NCBI GenBank assembly: GCA_036160375.1
Contig: JAYYDY010000068.1
Span: forward strand, 169-64,168
Length of the DNA: 64,000 nt
Direction: 5' to 3'
Origin: Thermoplasmatota archaeon
GTDB lineage: Archaea > Thermoplasmatota > Poseidoniia > Poseidoniales > Poseidoniaceae
This document shows, one piece after another, positions 29,353 to 38,951 of this stretch (position 1 is its first letter; every line of letters begins with the position of its first letter). The notes below the pieces were generated by a model that ran no database searches, was not told the origin of the DNA, and saw nothing but the letters and a program-made list of their open reading frames with translations. The translations under genes were made by a program, and so were the position numbers.

Positions 29353-29400
29353 GTTTCAATCAAGGGTTGTGCTCATGAAGGGTGAGCGCTTGGCAAGCAC

Positions 29401-31419
29401 ATGGCCGATGAACCCCAAGGCGATGTTCACCAGCCGTCGCAGTTGGACCCCGTCCAGTTGGGGTTCATGTGCGGCCTTGAGGTCCACCAACAACTCGCCA
29501 CGGGAAAACTGCACTCCCGGGAGACCGGCGAACTCTACGACATCACCATCGACACCCTCCCCGAAGACTGGCCGACCTTTGAGCGCCGCCTTCGCGCCAG
29601 CCGTGGTGAAGGGGGAGCCGTCGACGTCGCTGCCCGCTTTGAGTCCAAGCGAAATCGCACGTTTGTCTACGCTCAATCGCCCAATGCTGGTCTCATCGAA
29701 CTTGACGAACAACCACCGCTCGCCCTCGATGAAGATGCTCTTGACATCACGCTCACGGTCTCCGCCCTCCTCAATGCAAACCCCGTTTCGCTGATTCAGA
29801 CCATGCGAAAAACGGTGGTGGACGGTTCCAACACCAGCGGTTTTCAACGCACGTCCCTCATCGCTACGGACGGTGTCCTCGAGACGCCCGAGGGGCCCGT
29901 GGGTGTTGACGTGGTGTGCCTTGAGGAAGACAGCGCCCGGAAATTGGACACGGTTGACCTCGGACACGGCCAGCAAGTCATCTACAACCTCGACCGATTG
30001 GGACTGCCGCTCATTGAAATCGCAACATCGCCCGATGTCCGCTCCCCCGACCACGCCAAGACCACCGCCATCGCGCTGGGGCGTGTCCTTCGCCGAACCC
30101 GACGTGTTCGCCGAGGCTTGGGCAGCATTCGTCAAGATCTCAACGTCTCCATCGCCGCCGGCGACCGTGTGGAGATCAAAGGGTGCCAGGACCTCAATTG
30201 GATTCCAACCATCATCCGTCTTGAGATGGCTCGTCAGTTGCATTTCTATCGCTTGGCCAACGACCTTCGTGCCGACCTCAATCTCTCGTCCCTCTCCCCT
30301 CACCGGGATGATGACGACGAGGCAACCGAACAACAGGTCGCTCAAGCCGTGGCTGAGCACCTTCCACTTGACCTGCACGATGTCTCGTCGTTGTTTACCT
30401 CAACGCAGTCGGGAATGATCGCCGACGGTTTGAGTGGTGGCTCCCTGATGATGGCGCTTCCGCTGAAGGGCCTGCTGGGGCGTCTCGGGACCAAGACGAA
30501 GGACGACGACGGTGCCCAACTGCCCCGTCTCGGTCGCGAACTGGCAGGCGCCGCCAAGTTGGCCGGCGTGAAGGGCATCTTCCACGCCGATGAGTTGCCC
30601 GCCTACGGCATCACCGCTGACGAAGTCAGCGCCGTTCGTTCCAGCCTAGAGCTGGCCGAAAACGACGCCTTTGTGCTGTGTTGCGCTCCTGAATGGCAAG
30701 CCCGTCTCGCCCTCGAAGCCGTGCTTGACCGGGCTCGTCTGGCATGGCATCGAATTCCCCAAGAGGTTCGAAACGTGGTGGTGAAGAAAGGTGCGCCCGA
30801 AGACGGCACCACCTCACCCATGCGTCCTCTCCCGGGACGGTCCCGAATGTACCCCGAAACCGACGTTCCGCCACGTGTGCTTGATGCGACCGATTGGTCG
30901 GCTGTGATGACATCACTCCCCATGTCGGATGAAGCCCGTGCGAATCGCCTCGCGACCTACGAGATGTCCACCGATCAAGCCGAGCAACTGCTGGCTCGAG
31001 AATTGGATGACCTGTTTTGCGAACACGTCGCCGCCCTTCCGGCCAAGGCTTGGGCTGCCTTGTTGTTGAATCACGACACCGAACCGCCTGAAACCCTCGC
31101 CAGCATCTTATCGCTTCGTGAAGAAGGGACGCTGGCCCGCGATCACGTGGACCAGGTGGTTGAAGCCCACAGCGGGCAACTCGTTTCGCTGGAGGAACTT
31201 CGAGCCTACTGCACCGCACACGCGCTGGCACCGGCCGACATCGGTGGTCTCGACGAGGTGATTCAAGGCATCGTGGCTGAACGCTTGGACTTCGTCAAAG
31301 AACGCGGCATGGGCGCCATGGGGCCCCTGATGGGCGTCGTCATGCAGGCGGCCGGCGGTGCGGACGGAAAGGAAGTCAGCGCGTTGCTTCGGGCTGCGAT
31401 TCAAGCCGTGTTGGAGTGA
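29401..31419 (+). CDS. gatE: Glu-tRNA(Gln) amidotransferase subunit E (GatE)
   Basis: GLEVHQQL, NTSGFQRT and IRQDLNVSI are seen, with a C-terminal GatB/YqeY-like tail and a length of about 670 aa typical of archaeal GatE. No gatD is adjacent. Confidence 0.9.
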   Translation: MADEPQGDVHQPSQLDPVQLGFMCGLEVHQQLATGKLHSRETGELYDITIDTLPEDWPTFERRLRASRGEGGAVDVAARFESKRNRTFVYAQSPNAGLIELDEQPPLALDEDALDITLTVSALLNANPVSLIQTMRKTVVDGSNTSGFQRTSLIATDGVLETPEGPVGVDVVCLEEDSARKLDTVDLGHGQQVIYNLDRLGLPLIEIATSPDVRSPDHAKTTAIALGRVLRRTRRVRRGLGSIRQDLNVSIAAGDRVEIKGCQDLNWIPTIIRLEMARQLHFYRLANDLRADLNLSSLSPHRDDDDEATEQQVAQAVAEHLPLDLHDVSSLFTSTQSGMIADGLSGGSLMMALPLKGLLGRLGTKTKDDDGAQLPRLGRELAGAAKLAGVKGIFHADELPAYGITADEVSAVRSSLELAENDAFVLCCAPEWQARLALEAVLDRARLAWHRIPQEVRNVVVKKGAPEDGTTSPMRPLPGRSRMYPETDVPPRVLDATDWSAVMTSLPMSDEARANRLATYEMSTDQAEQLLARELDDLFCEHVAALPAKAWAALLLNHDTEPPETLASILSLREEGTLARDHVDQVVEAHSGQLVSLEELRAYCTAHALAPADIGGLDEVIQGIVAERLDFVKERGMGAMGPLMGVVMQAAGGADGKEVSALLRAAIQAVLE

Positions 31420-31426
31420 ACGGCCG

Positions 31427-33082
31427 ATGAAACGAGCGGCGTTGGTGCTCGCTGCCTTGACCCTCCTGATGCTGGCACCGGTGGCCTCGGCACAATCGTG
31501 GGAGCCTTCGTGGGAAACCGACCTCGGCCCGGGCTACATCACCACCTCTCCGCTGGTGGATGAGGAGCACGTGTACGTTCGAACTTCCGGCTTTTGGACG
31601 GGCGATGAACGACCCGAAGTGCTGGCGTTCTCCCATGACGGCGAACAGCGTTGGACGTACCGCAGCGAAACCACCACCCAACACGACATGGCCCCGCTGG
31701 TCATGGTGGAGGCCGGTTCAGGCCCCTGCGGCACATGGCCCACCCTGCTCTTGGTGGGATGGGCGGACGGTGCCTTCACGGCGCTGCATCCTTCGAACGG
31801 CACCGTGAACTGGCAGGCCAACTCAACGCTGGACGGATGGGGCATCACGGGAGCGCCGCTGGTCGATGGCGACCATGTGGTGGTGCCAACACGCACCGGT
31901 CTGATGCGTTTGTGTCTTGCCGACGGTGCCGTTGCCTTCCAAACAGATCTCGGAAATGGATGGCGCAACGGCGTCACGCTCCACGACGGCGCCTATTGGT
32001 TGGGCGATGAAGCCGGTCAGTTGTGGTCGGTTGCGGTCGACGGCACGGTGCTTGAGACTCACAACCTCTCCGCCTCCCTCCGCCACGCACCCGTCAGCAT
32101 GGGCGGTGGCCTGCTGCTTCACGTTCAGGAGGCAAGCCTCAGTCGCTTGCTTTTGTTCAACAGCACGTCGAACACGCTTGCAGAACTTGCCGTGCTGGGC
32201 CGTTCGCCTGCCATCCCGCTGGTGATGAACACGACCGTTGTGCTGGGCGACAGCGATGGATTGACCTCCGTTCAATGTGACCCTGATTGCATCGTCGTCG
32301 ACACGTATCCAACCAAGGTGAACGGCGAGATGAGATGGCGTTCGCCAGGCCAATTCTTTGCCCCCGTGAACACCGATGAGGGCGGTTGGTTGAGCGCTGA
32401 GTTGAACGACAACGGGACGTTGGGTGAAGTGAGCCTGTTTTCGACACCCTACGACGGCTACGGCACTTCGGCACCAGCGTGGACACCCACTGGGATGTAC
32501 TTGGGCAACGATGCGGGCGTGCTGATGGCGTACACCGTTGAGCGTGAGAACACCGAGGATGAAGCAACCACCGCTTCCTCCCCGCTCATCGGATTGACAG
32601 CGATCACCCTCGGCTTGCTTGGAGCAGCGTGGTTGTCGAACCGAGGACGGACAGCGGATTCATGGCGCTTGTTGACCTTGGGTGCCGTGGCCGTGGCGTT
32701 GCTGATGCTCCCCGATTTAGCGGTGTCATGGAATGCCTGGTTGGTGGAAGAAGAACCGTCTTCCGAGGAGGCGACATGGGACCCGTCGTGGCCGGACGAA
32801 TGGCTGGGCACTCAAATCGTCGTGTTTGATTTGCCAGATCAAACCGTTGTGGTTGGTGGTTTGGTTGGACATGAAACGGTCTGGGCGTTGACGGCGGCCG
32901 CAGCGGAAGAGCGCAATCTCTCCCTTGAAACCGAGGCAACCGGCATTGGACTCTACCTTGTGGCCATCAACGGTGTGGAAGCGACAGGATGGGAATACAC
33001 CGTCAACGACCAGCGCGGGGTGTTCGCGATGGACGAGGCCGAGATTGAGACCACCCTCGTCTTGCGCTGGCATCTGGCTTGA
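31427..33082 (+). CDS. secreted PQQ-like beta-propeller repeat protein with two TM helices and C-terminal DUF4430-like domain
   Basis: Signal peptide MKRAALVLAALTLLMLAPVASA. Repeated ..G..(W/L).. blades (DGEQRWTY, NGTVNWQA, DGAVAFQT, AGQLWSV). The C-terminal GLYLVAINGVEATGWEYTVNDQRG...LVLRWHL fits my memory of the DUF4430 pattern. Confidence 0.68.
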   Translation: MKRAALVLAALTLLMLAPVASAQSWEPSWETDLGPGYITTSPLVDEEHVYVRTSGFWTGDERPEVLAFSHDGEQRWTYRSETTTQHDMAPLVMVEAGSGPCGTWPTLLLVGWADGAFTALHPSNGTVNWQANSTLDGWGITGAPLVDGDHVVVPTRTGLMRLCLADGAVAFQTDLGNGWRNGVTLHDGAYWLGDEAGQLWSVAVDGTVLETHNLSASLRHAPVSMGGGLLLHVQEASLSRLLLFNSTSNTLAELAVLGRSPAIPLVMNTTVVLGDSDGLTSVQCDPDCIVVDTYPTKVNGEMRWRSPGQFFAPVNTDEGGWLSAELNDNGTLGEVSLFSTPYDGYGTSAPAWTPTGMYLGNDAGVLMAYTVERENTEDEATTASSPLIGLTAITLGLLGAAWLSNRGRTADSWRLLTLGAVAVALLMLPDLAVSWNAWLVEEEPSSEEATWDPSWPDEWLGTQIVVFDLPDQTVVVGGLVGHETVWALTAAAAEERNLSLETEATGIGLYLVAINGVEATGWEYTVNDQRGVFAMDEAEIETTLVLRWHLA

Positions 33083-33783
33083 GGGTGGCAAGCCTCAAGG
33101 CTGGCCGCCTTCTCGGACGGTTCATGTTCCAAGCGCTGGGGGTTCATGGACCAGAATTGTCCCCCACCGGCGCTGCCCTTCTCGACGTCGTCTTGGTTGG
33201 AACAGCGTTTGCGTTCTTGTTCTCAGCGCCACGAGCGAACCGCATGACAGCGGCCATGCTGGTCACGATGGTGCTCGCCATGGCGGCCTTGCGCGTCGTC
33301 ATGCAACCGCTCCCGAACATTCAGCCCGTGACCGTGGCTGCTTTGCTCGTCGGCGCCCACTTGGGCGCCAAGCGCGGCGTGGCGTTTGCCATTCTTGTCA
33401 CCCTGCTCTCCAACCTGCTCATCAGCCACGGCTGGTGGACCCTTTTCCAAGCCTTGGGCTGGTCGGTGGTAGCGGTGGTGGGTGCCAAAGCGAACCTCAT
33501 CGCCGACGGACGCCTCAACCACGCTCGCCTGTACCTTGCTGCAGCCTTGGTGGCGCCGCTGTTTGGTTTGATTTCGACGCTGTCGTTGGTCTCTGGTAGC
33601 ATGACAGCTGGCCAATTTGTGATCTTGGTCGGCCAAGGGTTGCCTTTTGACGCCGTTCACGCCCTTGGCAACGTCGCTTTTGCTGTTTGGACGGGCTCGA
33701 TGCTCCATCGCTTCCTCAGCGGTTTGACCGCCCTGGAAGATGACGTGCTGGCGACGGGTGAACTGCATGGCATCGATGCATGA
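33079..33783 (+). CDS. polytopic membrane protein, possible ECF-type S component (vitamin uptake)
   Basis: About six TM helices. QPLPNIQPVTVAALLVGAHLGAKRG resembles S-component/DUF6580-type motifs from memory. TTG 33079 overlaps the upstream stop; the alternative is ATG 33124. Confidence 0.5.
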   Translation: MRVASLKAGRLLGRFMFQALGVHGPELSPTGAALLDVVLVGTAFAFLFSAPRANRMTAAMLVTMVLAMAALRVVMQPLPNIQPVTVAALLVGAHLGAKRGVAFAILVTLLSNLLISHGWWTLFQALGWSVVAVVGAKANLIADGRLNHARLYLAAALVAPLFGLISTLSLVSGSMTAGQFVILVGQGLPFDAVHALGNVAFAVWTGSMLHRFLSGLTALEDDVLATGELHGIDA

Positions 33784-34123
33784 TGCACCAACCATGGCCC
33801 TCATCGTGCGGCAAGACTTGGCGTTGAGCACCGGAAAACTGGCAGCTCAGTGCGCCCACGCTGCGGTTGACGTCGTACGCGCCGCTCGTCGCTCGAGGCT
33901 CCTCGAGCGTTGGCGAGCCGGCGGCGCGAGAAAGGTCGTACTCGGTGTGGACGACCTCGAAGCCATGCATGCACTCCACACCTCCATTCCAAGCGGGTGT
34001 TATGCTGCGCTGGTCACGGATGCTGGCCGCACTGAACTTCCAGCTGGGACGGTGACCGTGCTCGGCATCATGGGGCCACGGAGAGCGATGGACACCCTGT
34101 TGCGCCACTTGGACGCACTGTGA
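33767..34123 (+). CDS. peptidyl-tRNA hydrolase Pth2, divergent paralog
   Basis: ALIVRQDLALSTGKLAAQCAHAAV...VTDAGRTELPAGTVTVLGI shows the Pth2 fold signature but is diverged from the canonical copy. ATG 33767 is preceded by GGGTGA. Confidence 0.72.
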   Translation: MASMHDAPTMALIVRQDLALSTGKLAAQCAHAAVDVVRAARRSRLLERWRAGGARKVVLGVDDLEAMHALHTSIPSGCYAALVTDAGRTELPAGTVTVLGIMGPRRAMDTLLRHLDAL

Positions 34124-34132
34124 GGTGAAAAA

Positions 34133-34549
34133 ATGGGTTTTCGGTCGTTTCTCCATCGTATTACAGCACCTACGCCTTCAAGCGCGCCGGTGGATGGTTC
34201 GATGAAACTGGTGTGCGTGGTCAATCAATCGTTGAAAATGGGCAAGGGGAAAATCGCTGCTCAGGTCGGCCATGCCTCCATCCAAGCATTTCTCGGCGCA
34301 GGGGTGAGCCACCCTCAACATGTCGAGGCGTGGTTGGCCGATGGGCAGAAGAAAATCTGCGTGAAAACCCCGGAAGCCTCCGACTTTGACAGCCTCACTC
34401 ACCTTGCTCGCCAGCGAGACATCCCCGTTCATCTCGTCCGGGATGCTGGCCACACGCAGATTCCGAAAGGCTCTGCCACGGTGCTGGCCTTGGGCCCGTT
34501 TAGCGAGGAGGTCCTCGACGAGTTGACCGGCCATCTCAAATTGCTCTAA
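34133..34549 (+). CDS. pth2: peptidyl-tRNA hydrolase Pth2 (archaeal type)
   Basis: KLVCVVNQSLKMGKGKIAAQVGHAS...VRDAGHTQIPKGSATVLALGP is the canonical Pth2 pattern. A strong GAGGTGA lies 4-5 nt before ATG 34133, giving a 23-aa N-terminal extension relative to Met24. Confidence 0.85.
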   Translation: MGFRSFLHRITAPTPSSAPVDGSMKLVCVVNQSLKMGKGKIAAQVGHASIQAFLGAGVSHPQHVEAWLADGQKKICVKTPEASDFDSLTHLARQRDIPVHLVRDAGHTQIPKGSATVLALGPFSEEVLDELTGHLKLL

Positions 34550-34586
34550 TCACCGCATTGATGAAGGAGAGCGTTGAGCGAATTCC

Positions 34587-35633
34587 ATGCGGGAACACCC
34601 CTCCTCCCGAATCGACTTTCGCTCCGACACGGTCACGCAGCCCACGACCGTCATGCGCCAGGCCATGCACGAAGCATCGGTGGGCGACGACGTGCTCGGA
34701 GACGACCCAACCGTGATTGAACTGCAAGATCGCGTGGCCGCCATGTTTGGCAAGGAAGCCGGACTGTTCGTGGCTTCGGGAACGATGTCAAACGCCATCG
34801 CCCTTCGAACCCACACCGTGCCGGGCGACGAGATCGTGTGCGACAAAACCGCTCACATCTACCGCTACGAAGGCGGCGGTTATGCTGCGCTCTGCGGTGC
34901 TTCCATCGCACTTGTGGACGGTGAAGGTGGTCTGATGACACCCGAGCAGGTTCGTTCTGCCGTTCGAAAGGCGGAGGGGTCAGGAAGTCACTACCCCAAC
35001 GGTTCGCTGGTGTGCGTTGAAAACACGTCCAACCTTGGCGGAGGCTCCTGTTACGACCAAACCACGCTGGACGACATCGCCAAGGTTGCTGCCTCCTTGG
35101 GGTGCGCCACGCACATTGACGGGGCTCGAATTTTCAACGCCGCCATCGCCACGGGCGTTGATGTCGCACGCATGTGCCAGCACTACGATTCGGTCTCCAT
35201 TTGTTTCTCCAAAGGGCTCGGCGCGCCGGTTGGCTCGGTGTTGGTGGGCTCGTCAGCCTTCATCGCAAAGGCCCATCGGTGGCGCAAATTGTTCGGTGGC
35301 GGTTGGCGGCAAGCGGGCCTACTGGCTTCTGCTTGCCTTCATGCCCTTGACCACCACGTTGACCGATTGCAAGACGACCACGAACGTGCTCAACGCATCG
35401 CTGTCATGCTCAACGAACTCCCTGAATTCACCGTTGACCTCGCCACCGTGCAGACCAACATGGTCTACGCGAACACAAACCGTCCTGCGGCCGAGGTGGT
35501 CGAGCAGTACGCCGCCAACGGCGTTGACATGTTTGACCTGAGCAACAACCGGATTCGTGTGGTGGTGCATCTCCACATCACCGATGAGGACGTGGAGCGG
35601 TTCACCGACATTTCGCAGCGGCTGTTCGGTTGA
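34587..35633 (+). CDS. ltaE: low-specificity L-threonine aldolase
   Basis: IDFRSDTVTQPT, GDDVLGDDPTV and PLP-lysine context SICFSKGLGAPVGS; length 348 aa. Confidence 0.87.
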   Translation: MREHPSSRIDFRSDTVTQPTTVMRQAMHEASVGDDVLGDDPTVIELQDRVAAMFGKEAGLFVASGTMSNAIALRTHTVPGDEIVCDKTAHIYRYEGGGYAALCGASIALVDGEGGLMTPEQVRSAVRKAEGSGSHYPNGSLVCVENTSNLGGGSCYDQTTLDDIAKVAASLGCATHIDGARIFNAAIATGVDVARMCQHYDSVSICFSKGLGAPVGSVLVGSSAFIAKAHRWRKLFGGGWRQAGLLASACLHALDHHVDRLQDDHERAQRIAVMLNELPEFTVDLATVQTNMVYANTNRPAAEVVEQYAANGVDMFDLSNNRIRVVVHLHITDEDVERFTDISQRLFG

Positions 35634-35665
35634 GCCTTCAAAAAGAGTCGAGGGATATCTCCCTC

Positions 35666-38032
35666 ATGACGACGAGCGTACGCGAAACGCTGTGTGTTCA
35701 CAACGCAGCTTCCCCCGACACCGACCGCGTCTGTGATTGGTGTCAATCGATGATCGATTTCCAGCCTCAGCGCGGTTGGAACGCCCCCCTGCATCCAGAA
35801 GAACACGAACGAGCGATGGCGTTGTTTGGTGGACCAAATGGCACATCATCACGAAAGTGGAACGCCCTGCTGGCGAACACCCGGGACCTCCACCACGTCC
35901 AGTGGGCACGTTTGGACAGCGACCAAGATCCCATCACCAAACCGCCGGAATCGTGGGGTGCCTTTGAGGAACTCACGCAAGCGGTCCTGCGCGGTGACCA
36001 CCTCACTCAACGGCAAGAAGCCATGCTCAGGGAAGGCATCGGGTTCCACGACGGGTCCGTTTTACGCTACCTCGATGGTGCGTGGAACCTCAACGGGTGC
36101 GACCTCCACGGGCTGAGTTTGTTCGTCGTGTTTTCGTTGATGGAGAGCGTGTCCAAACGAAAGGGGTGGGACATTCCGGCGCTGCTGGTGTGTGCGACCT
36201 CCGTCAATCCAGAACTTCGCCATTCGTCGCGACTGGTGCAGTACATCCACCACCGAGGTCGCCGGGAATTGCGCCCCTCGTATCGCCCCTTGGCTGCGAT
36301 GTTGACGTGGTTGTCGACTCGATTGAAGATCGACCGTACCCTGAACATGGAAGCTCGTGAATACGTGCCGATGATGGCGTGGTCCCACGACATCCAATCC
36401 CGAATGTTTGACCGGCAGCCCACCAACATGGAAGGCATGTTCCAAAAGGCGCTCTCTCACCATCCACCGGGCTTGTTCCACGCCTACAACACGCCGTGGA
36501 TGCAGGCTTGGCGGGAGCTTGAACCGGCTCATGAACAGGCTGAAACGCAAAAATGGGCCATGGATCTCAACCCGAAGGCGCTTCGCTTTCGGACACGGAC
36601 GGCCTCCGGTTCACTGCGGTTGATTCGAGTGCCCAGTGAGCCTGCGCTCTGGGCGTTCCTCTCCTCACTGGTGCTCTCCCCACTGAACTCCGAGGCTGGG
36701 AAACTCTTGCTCGGCTTGCAGCACAACTGGTCGGTGGGCTACATTGAACGCACCCTTCCTTCAGCACCGTTGGTCCGCTCGTTGGAGTTCTGTCACAGCA
36801 TCATGAACGGTTTGGAGACCAAGGTCTTCCTCGAGCGAGCTCGAGCCCTGATCATCGGTCAATTTGGACACGTGTATGAGGTGGCCGTTGAACACGGCCA
36901 ACACGGCGCGCCGTACACCATCCAGCACGTCACCGACATCACGCCCAACGTCAAACGGCCGATTTGCATTCACAGCGGGCAATTCGCCAACACCCTGCCG
37001 CTGGGTGACACGATGGGAAGTGTCATTCTTTCCATGGTCAACGACATCAAAGCGTCGGCAGAGATCCAAAGCCTCGAGGAACTGCTGTTTCATCACCCTC
37101 CGTTCGGCTTCCCTCGACACGATATTCCGACAGCTTGGATTGACCGCCTCCGGGACGATGTCGTTCAGCCCGCCAATCCACCTCGGTATTTCTTGCACCA
37201 ACTTCGATGGTTCCGTCGCGATGCCGTTGACGAATTGGAACCGCGTCCGGGTGGAGGACTTCACGAACTCTTTCTTCGAAACCGACACCATGGCCGTCGC
37301 CGCCCACGCTTCTCAGAACGCTGGGCTGCACGATTCCACACCGTGTTTGATCGTGAGGGCCGTTTCCCGCTTGAGGAAGCGGTGGCTGAGTGGCGGGAAA
37401 CCGTGCCGCCCTATGTGCCAGGACGAACGGAAGTCCAGGGCTTTGGCGACTACTTCGGGCGCATTCAGGAAGGGTTCTTCCACCGACGCTACCACCACTT
37501 GATGCCTCACCGTCGTGGAGATGACCTTCACGAGGAAGGCGATGTACGGGACGGTGAACGCCGTTGGTGCGAAGTCTTTGCACGGGTATGGGAAGTATTG
37601 GTCCACCAACCGTTGGGGGCTCACTTCCGACTCCCACTTCGTGATGGCGGACCGCTGACGCTCCAGCATGCTGACCTCCAAGTAACGGTACGGTCCGAAC
37701 TGGAACGCAACTTCTTCACGCGTGCTGCGAAAATGCTCGGCTACGTCAAGGACGAGGAGGACCGCACGCACGCCATCCTCGTTCGCCGAGATCACCCACG
37801 CCCCAACGCTCGTTTGCAGCTGACGGACTTGCTACGCGACATGCAGGACCGCCAGCGGGTACGTGGGGCTCCACCACGCTGGTGGAATTACGTGGACGTG
37901 GTGGCTCCGCCCCGGGAAGTACCTCACTTCCGGTGGCAACTTCACCTTGACCATCGGGACACGCAACGCGTCGTTGAGTTCGACGACCCGGCTGACCGTG
38001 AATTCAGCGGTCTCGGCGAATTCGTTGAGTGA
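35666..38032 (+). CDS. large orphan soluble protein (His/Arg/Trp-rich), function unknown
   Basis: This is the only long ORF across 2.4 kb; other frames are 196 aa or shorter. No TM helix, no NTPase motif and no family recognised. A possible TTG start at 35630 overlaps the ltaE stop. Confidence 0.62.
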   Translation: MTTSVRETLCVHNAASPDTDRVCDWCQSMIDFQPQRGWNAPLHPEEHERAMALFGGPNGTSSRKWNALLANTRDLHHVQWARLDSDQDPITKPPESWGAFEELTQAVLRGDHLTQRQEAMLREGIGFHDGSVLRYLDGAWNLNGCDLHGLSLFVVFSLMESVSKRKGWDIPALLVCATSVNPELRHSSRLVQYIHHRGRRELRPSYRPLAAMLTWLSTRLKIDRTLNMEAREYVPMMAWSHDIQSRMFDRQPTNMEGMFQKALSHHPPGLFHAYNTPWMQAWRELEPAHEQAETQKWAMDLNPKALRFRTRTASGSLRLIRVPSEPALWAFLSSLVLSPLNSEAGKLLLGLQHNWSVGYIERTLPSAPLVRSLEFCHSIMNGLETKVFLERARALIIGQFGHVYEVAVEHGQHGAPYTIQHVTDITPNVKRPICIHSGQFANTLPLGDTMGSVILSMVNDIKASAEIQSLEELLFHHPPFGFPRHDIPTAWIDRLRDDVVQPANPPRYFLHQLRWFRRDAVDELEPRPGGGLHELFLRNRHHGRRRPRFSERWAARFHTVFDREGRFPLEEAVAEWRETVPPYVPGRTEVQGFGDYFGRIQEGFFHRRYHHLMPHRRGDDLHEEGDVRDGERRWCEVFARVWEVLVHQPLGAHFRLPLRDGGPLTLQHADLQVTVRSELERNFFTRAAKMLGYVKDEEDRTHAILVRRDHPRPNARLQLTDLLRDMQDRQRVRGAPPRWWNYVDVVAPPREVPHFRWQLHLDHRDTQRVVEFDDPADREFSGLGEFVE

Positions 38033-38906
38033 ACGCCAGTGCCAAACCCACGACCATCATCGTGGAGACGGCGGACAAGGCTGGCGTGTCTTCACTGGGT
38101 TCAGCAGGTTCGGGTTCCTCTTCCATCACCTCAGGTGGGTTGGGCATGATTTCGTAGAGCAAGTGAATCTCCAAATCGTCGCCGTCATGGGGCGTCGGGA
38201 GCGTCAGCATCATCGTTCCTTGCGTGGAGCTCCCAACCTCGATCATGTCTCGCACGATGTGCGGGTAGGTCCCCAGGCCGTTGGTTCCCTCTTCGTAATC
38301 GGCGGCGCTCTCCACGATGTAAGCGTACACGGTGAGGCTGGCGTTATCGAGGTGCTTCTCGTCGATGTCAAGGTCCCACGTCATGGTGCCGCAGGCGAAT
38401 ACGTCCTCACAAGCACCGGGCGTCCAGGAAAAGGACGTGGTACCCTGGCCAAGTCCCAAGTCCTGCTTGGCAAGGTTGGTGAATTCGTTTTGCAGCGTTC
38501 CATCGTCGGCCACGCTGCCGACTTTCTTCATCGTCCCGTTGAACACCACGCCGGGCGGAGAATTGGGCTCGTACTTGTCTCGCCATCGCTGCTCAAGCTC
38601 GGCCACACCAAACGGGTCGCTGAGAGTGGAATGGAAGTGATACTGAATCAGATGACCTTCAGCCTTGACGTCTTCGAGGGCGTGCTCGACGTCCACGCAG
38701 TTATCGCACCAGGTGGCGGTGTAGACTTCAGTAACGGCTTTGAGATCGCTGAAATTGGTCGTCTCAACTGCCGTTGCGTTGGCCGGCGTCCACTGCCCAC
38801 CAAACAGCATGCCGTTGTTGACTTCGCTGGCGGGAAGGGCAGCAGCAGGACTCATGGTTCCGAGAAGAAACGCAAGCGCAAGGCACAGAGCAAAGGACGA
38901 ACGCAT
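38004..38906 (-). CDS. secreted, membrane-anchored thioredoxin-fold-like protein (CxxC)
   Basis: Signal peptide MRSSFALCLALAFLLGTMSPAAA; VYTATWCDNCVDVE (WCxxC); C-terminal TM ALSAVSTMMVVGLALAF followed by RIRRDR. The 3' end overlaps the convergent orphan gene by 29 nt. Confidence 0.62.
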   Translation of the reverse strand: MRSSFALCLALAFLLGTMSPAAALPASEVNNGMLFGGQWTPANATAVETTNFSDLKAVTEVYTATWCDNCVDVEHALEDVKAEGHLIQYHFHSTLSDPFGVAELEQRWRDKYEPNSPPGVVFNGTMKKVGSVADDGTLQNEFTNLAKQDLGLGQGTTSFSWTPGACEDVFACGTMTWDLDIDEKHLDNASLTVYAYIVESAADYEEGTNGLGTYPHIVRDMIEVGSSTQGTMMLTLPTPHDGDDLEIHLLYEIMPNPPEVMEEEPEPAEPSEDTPALSAVSTMMVVGLALAFTQRIRRDR

Positions 38907-38951
38907 GCTACGGGGAGCGGTCAGTGGGATATGAACCCCACTTCATTTGGT

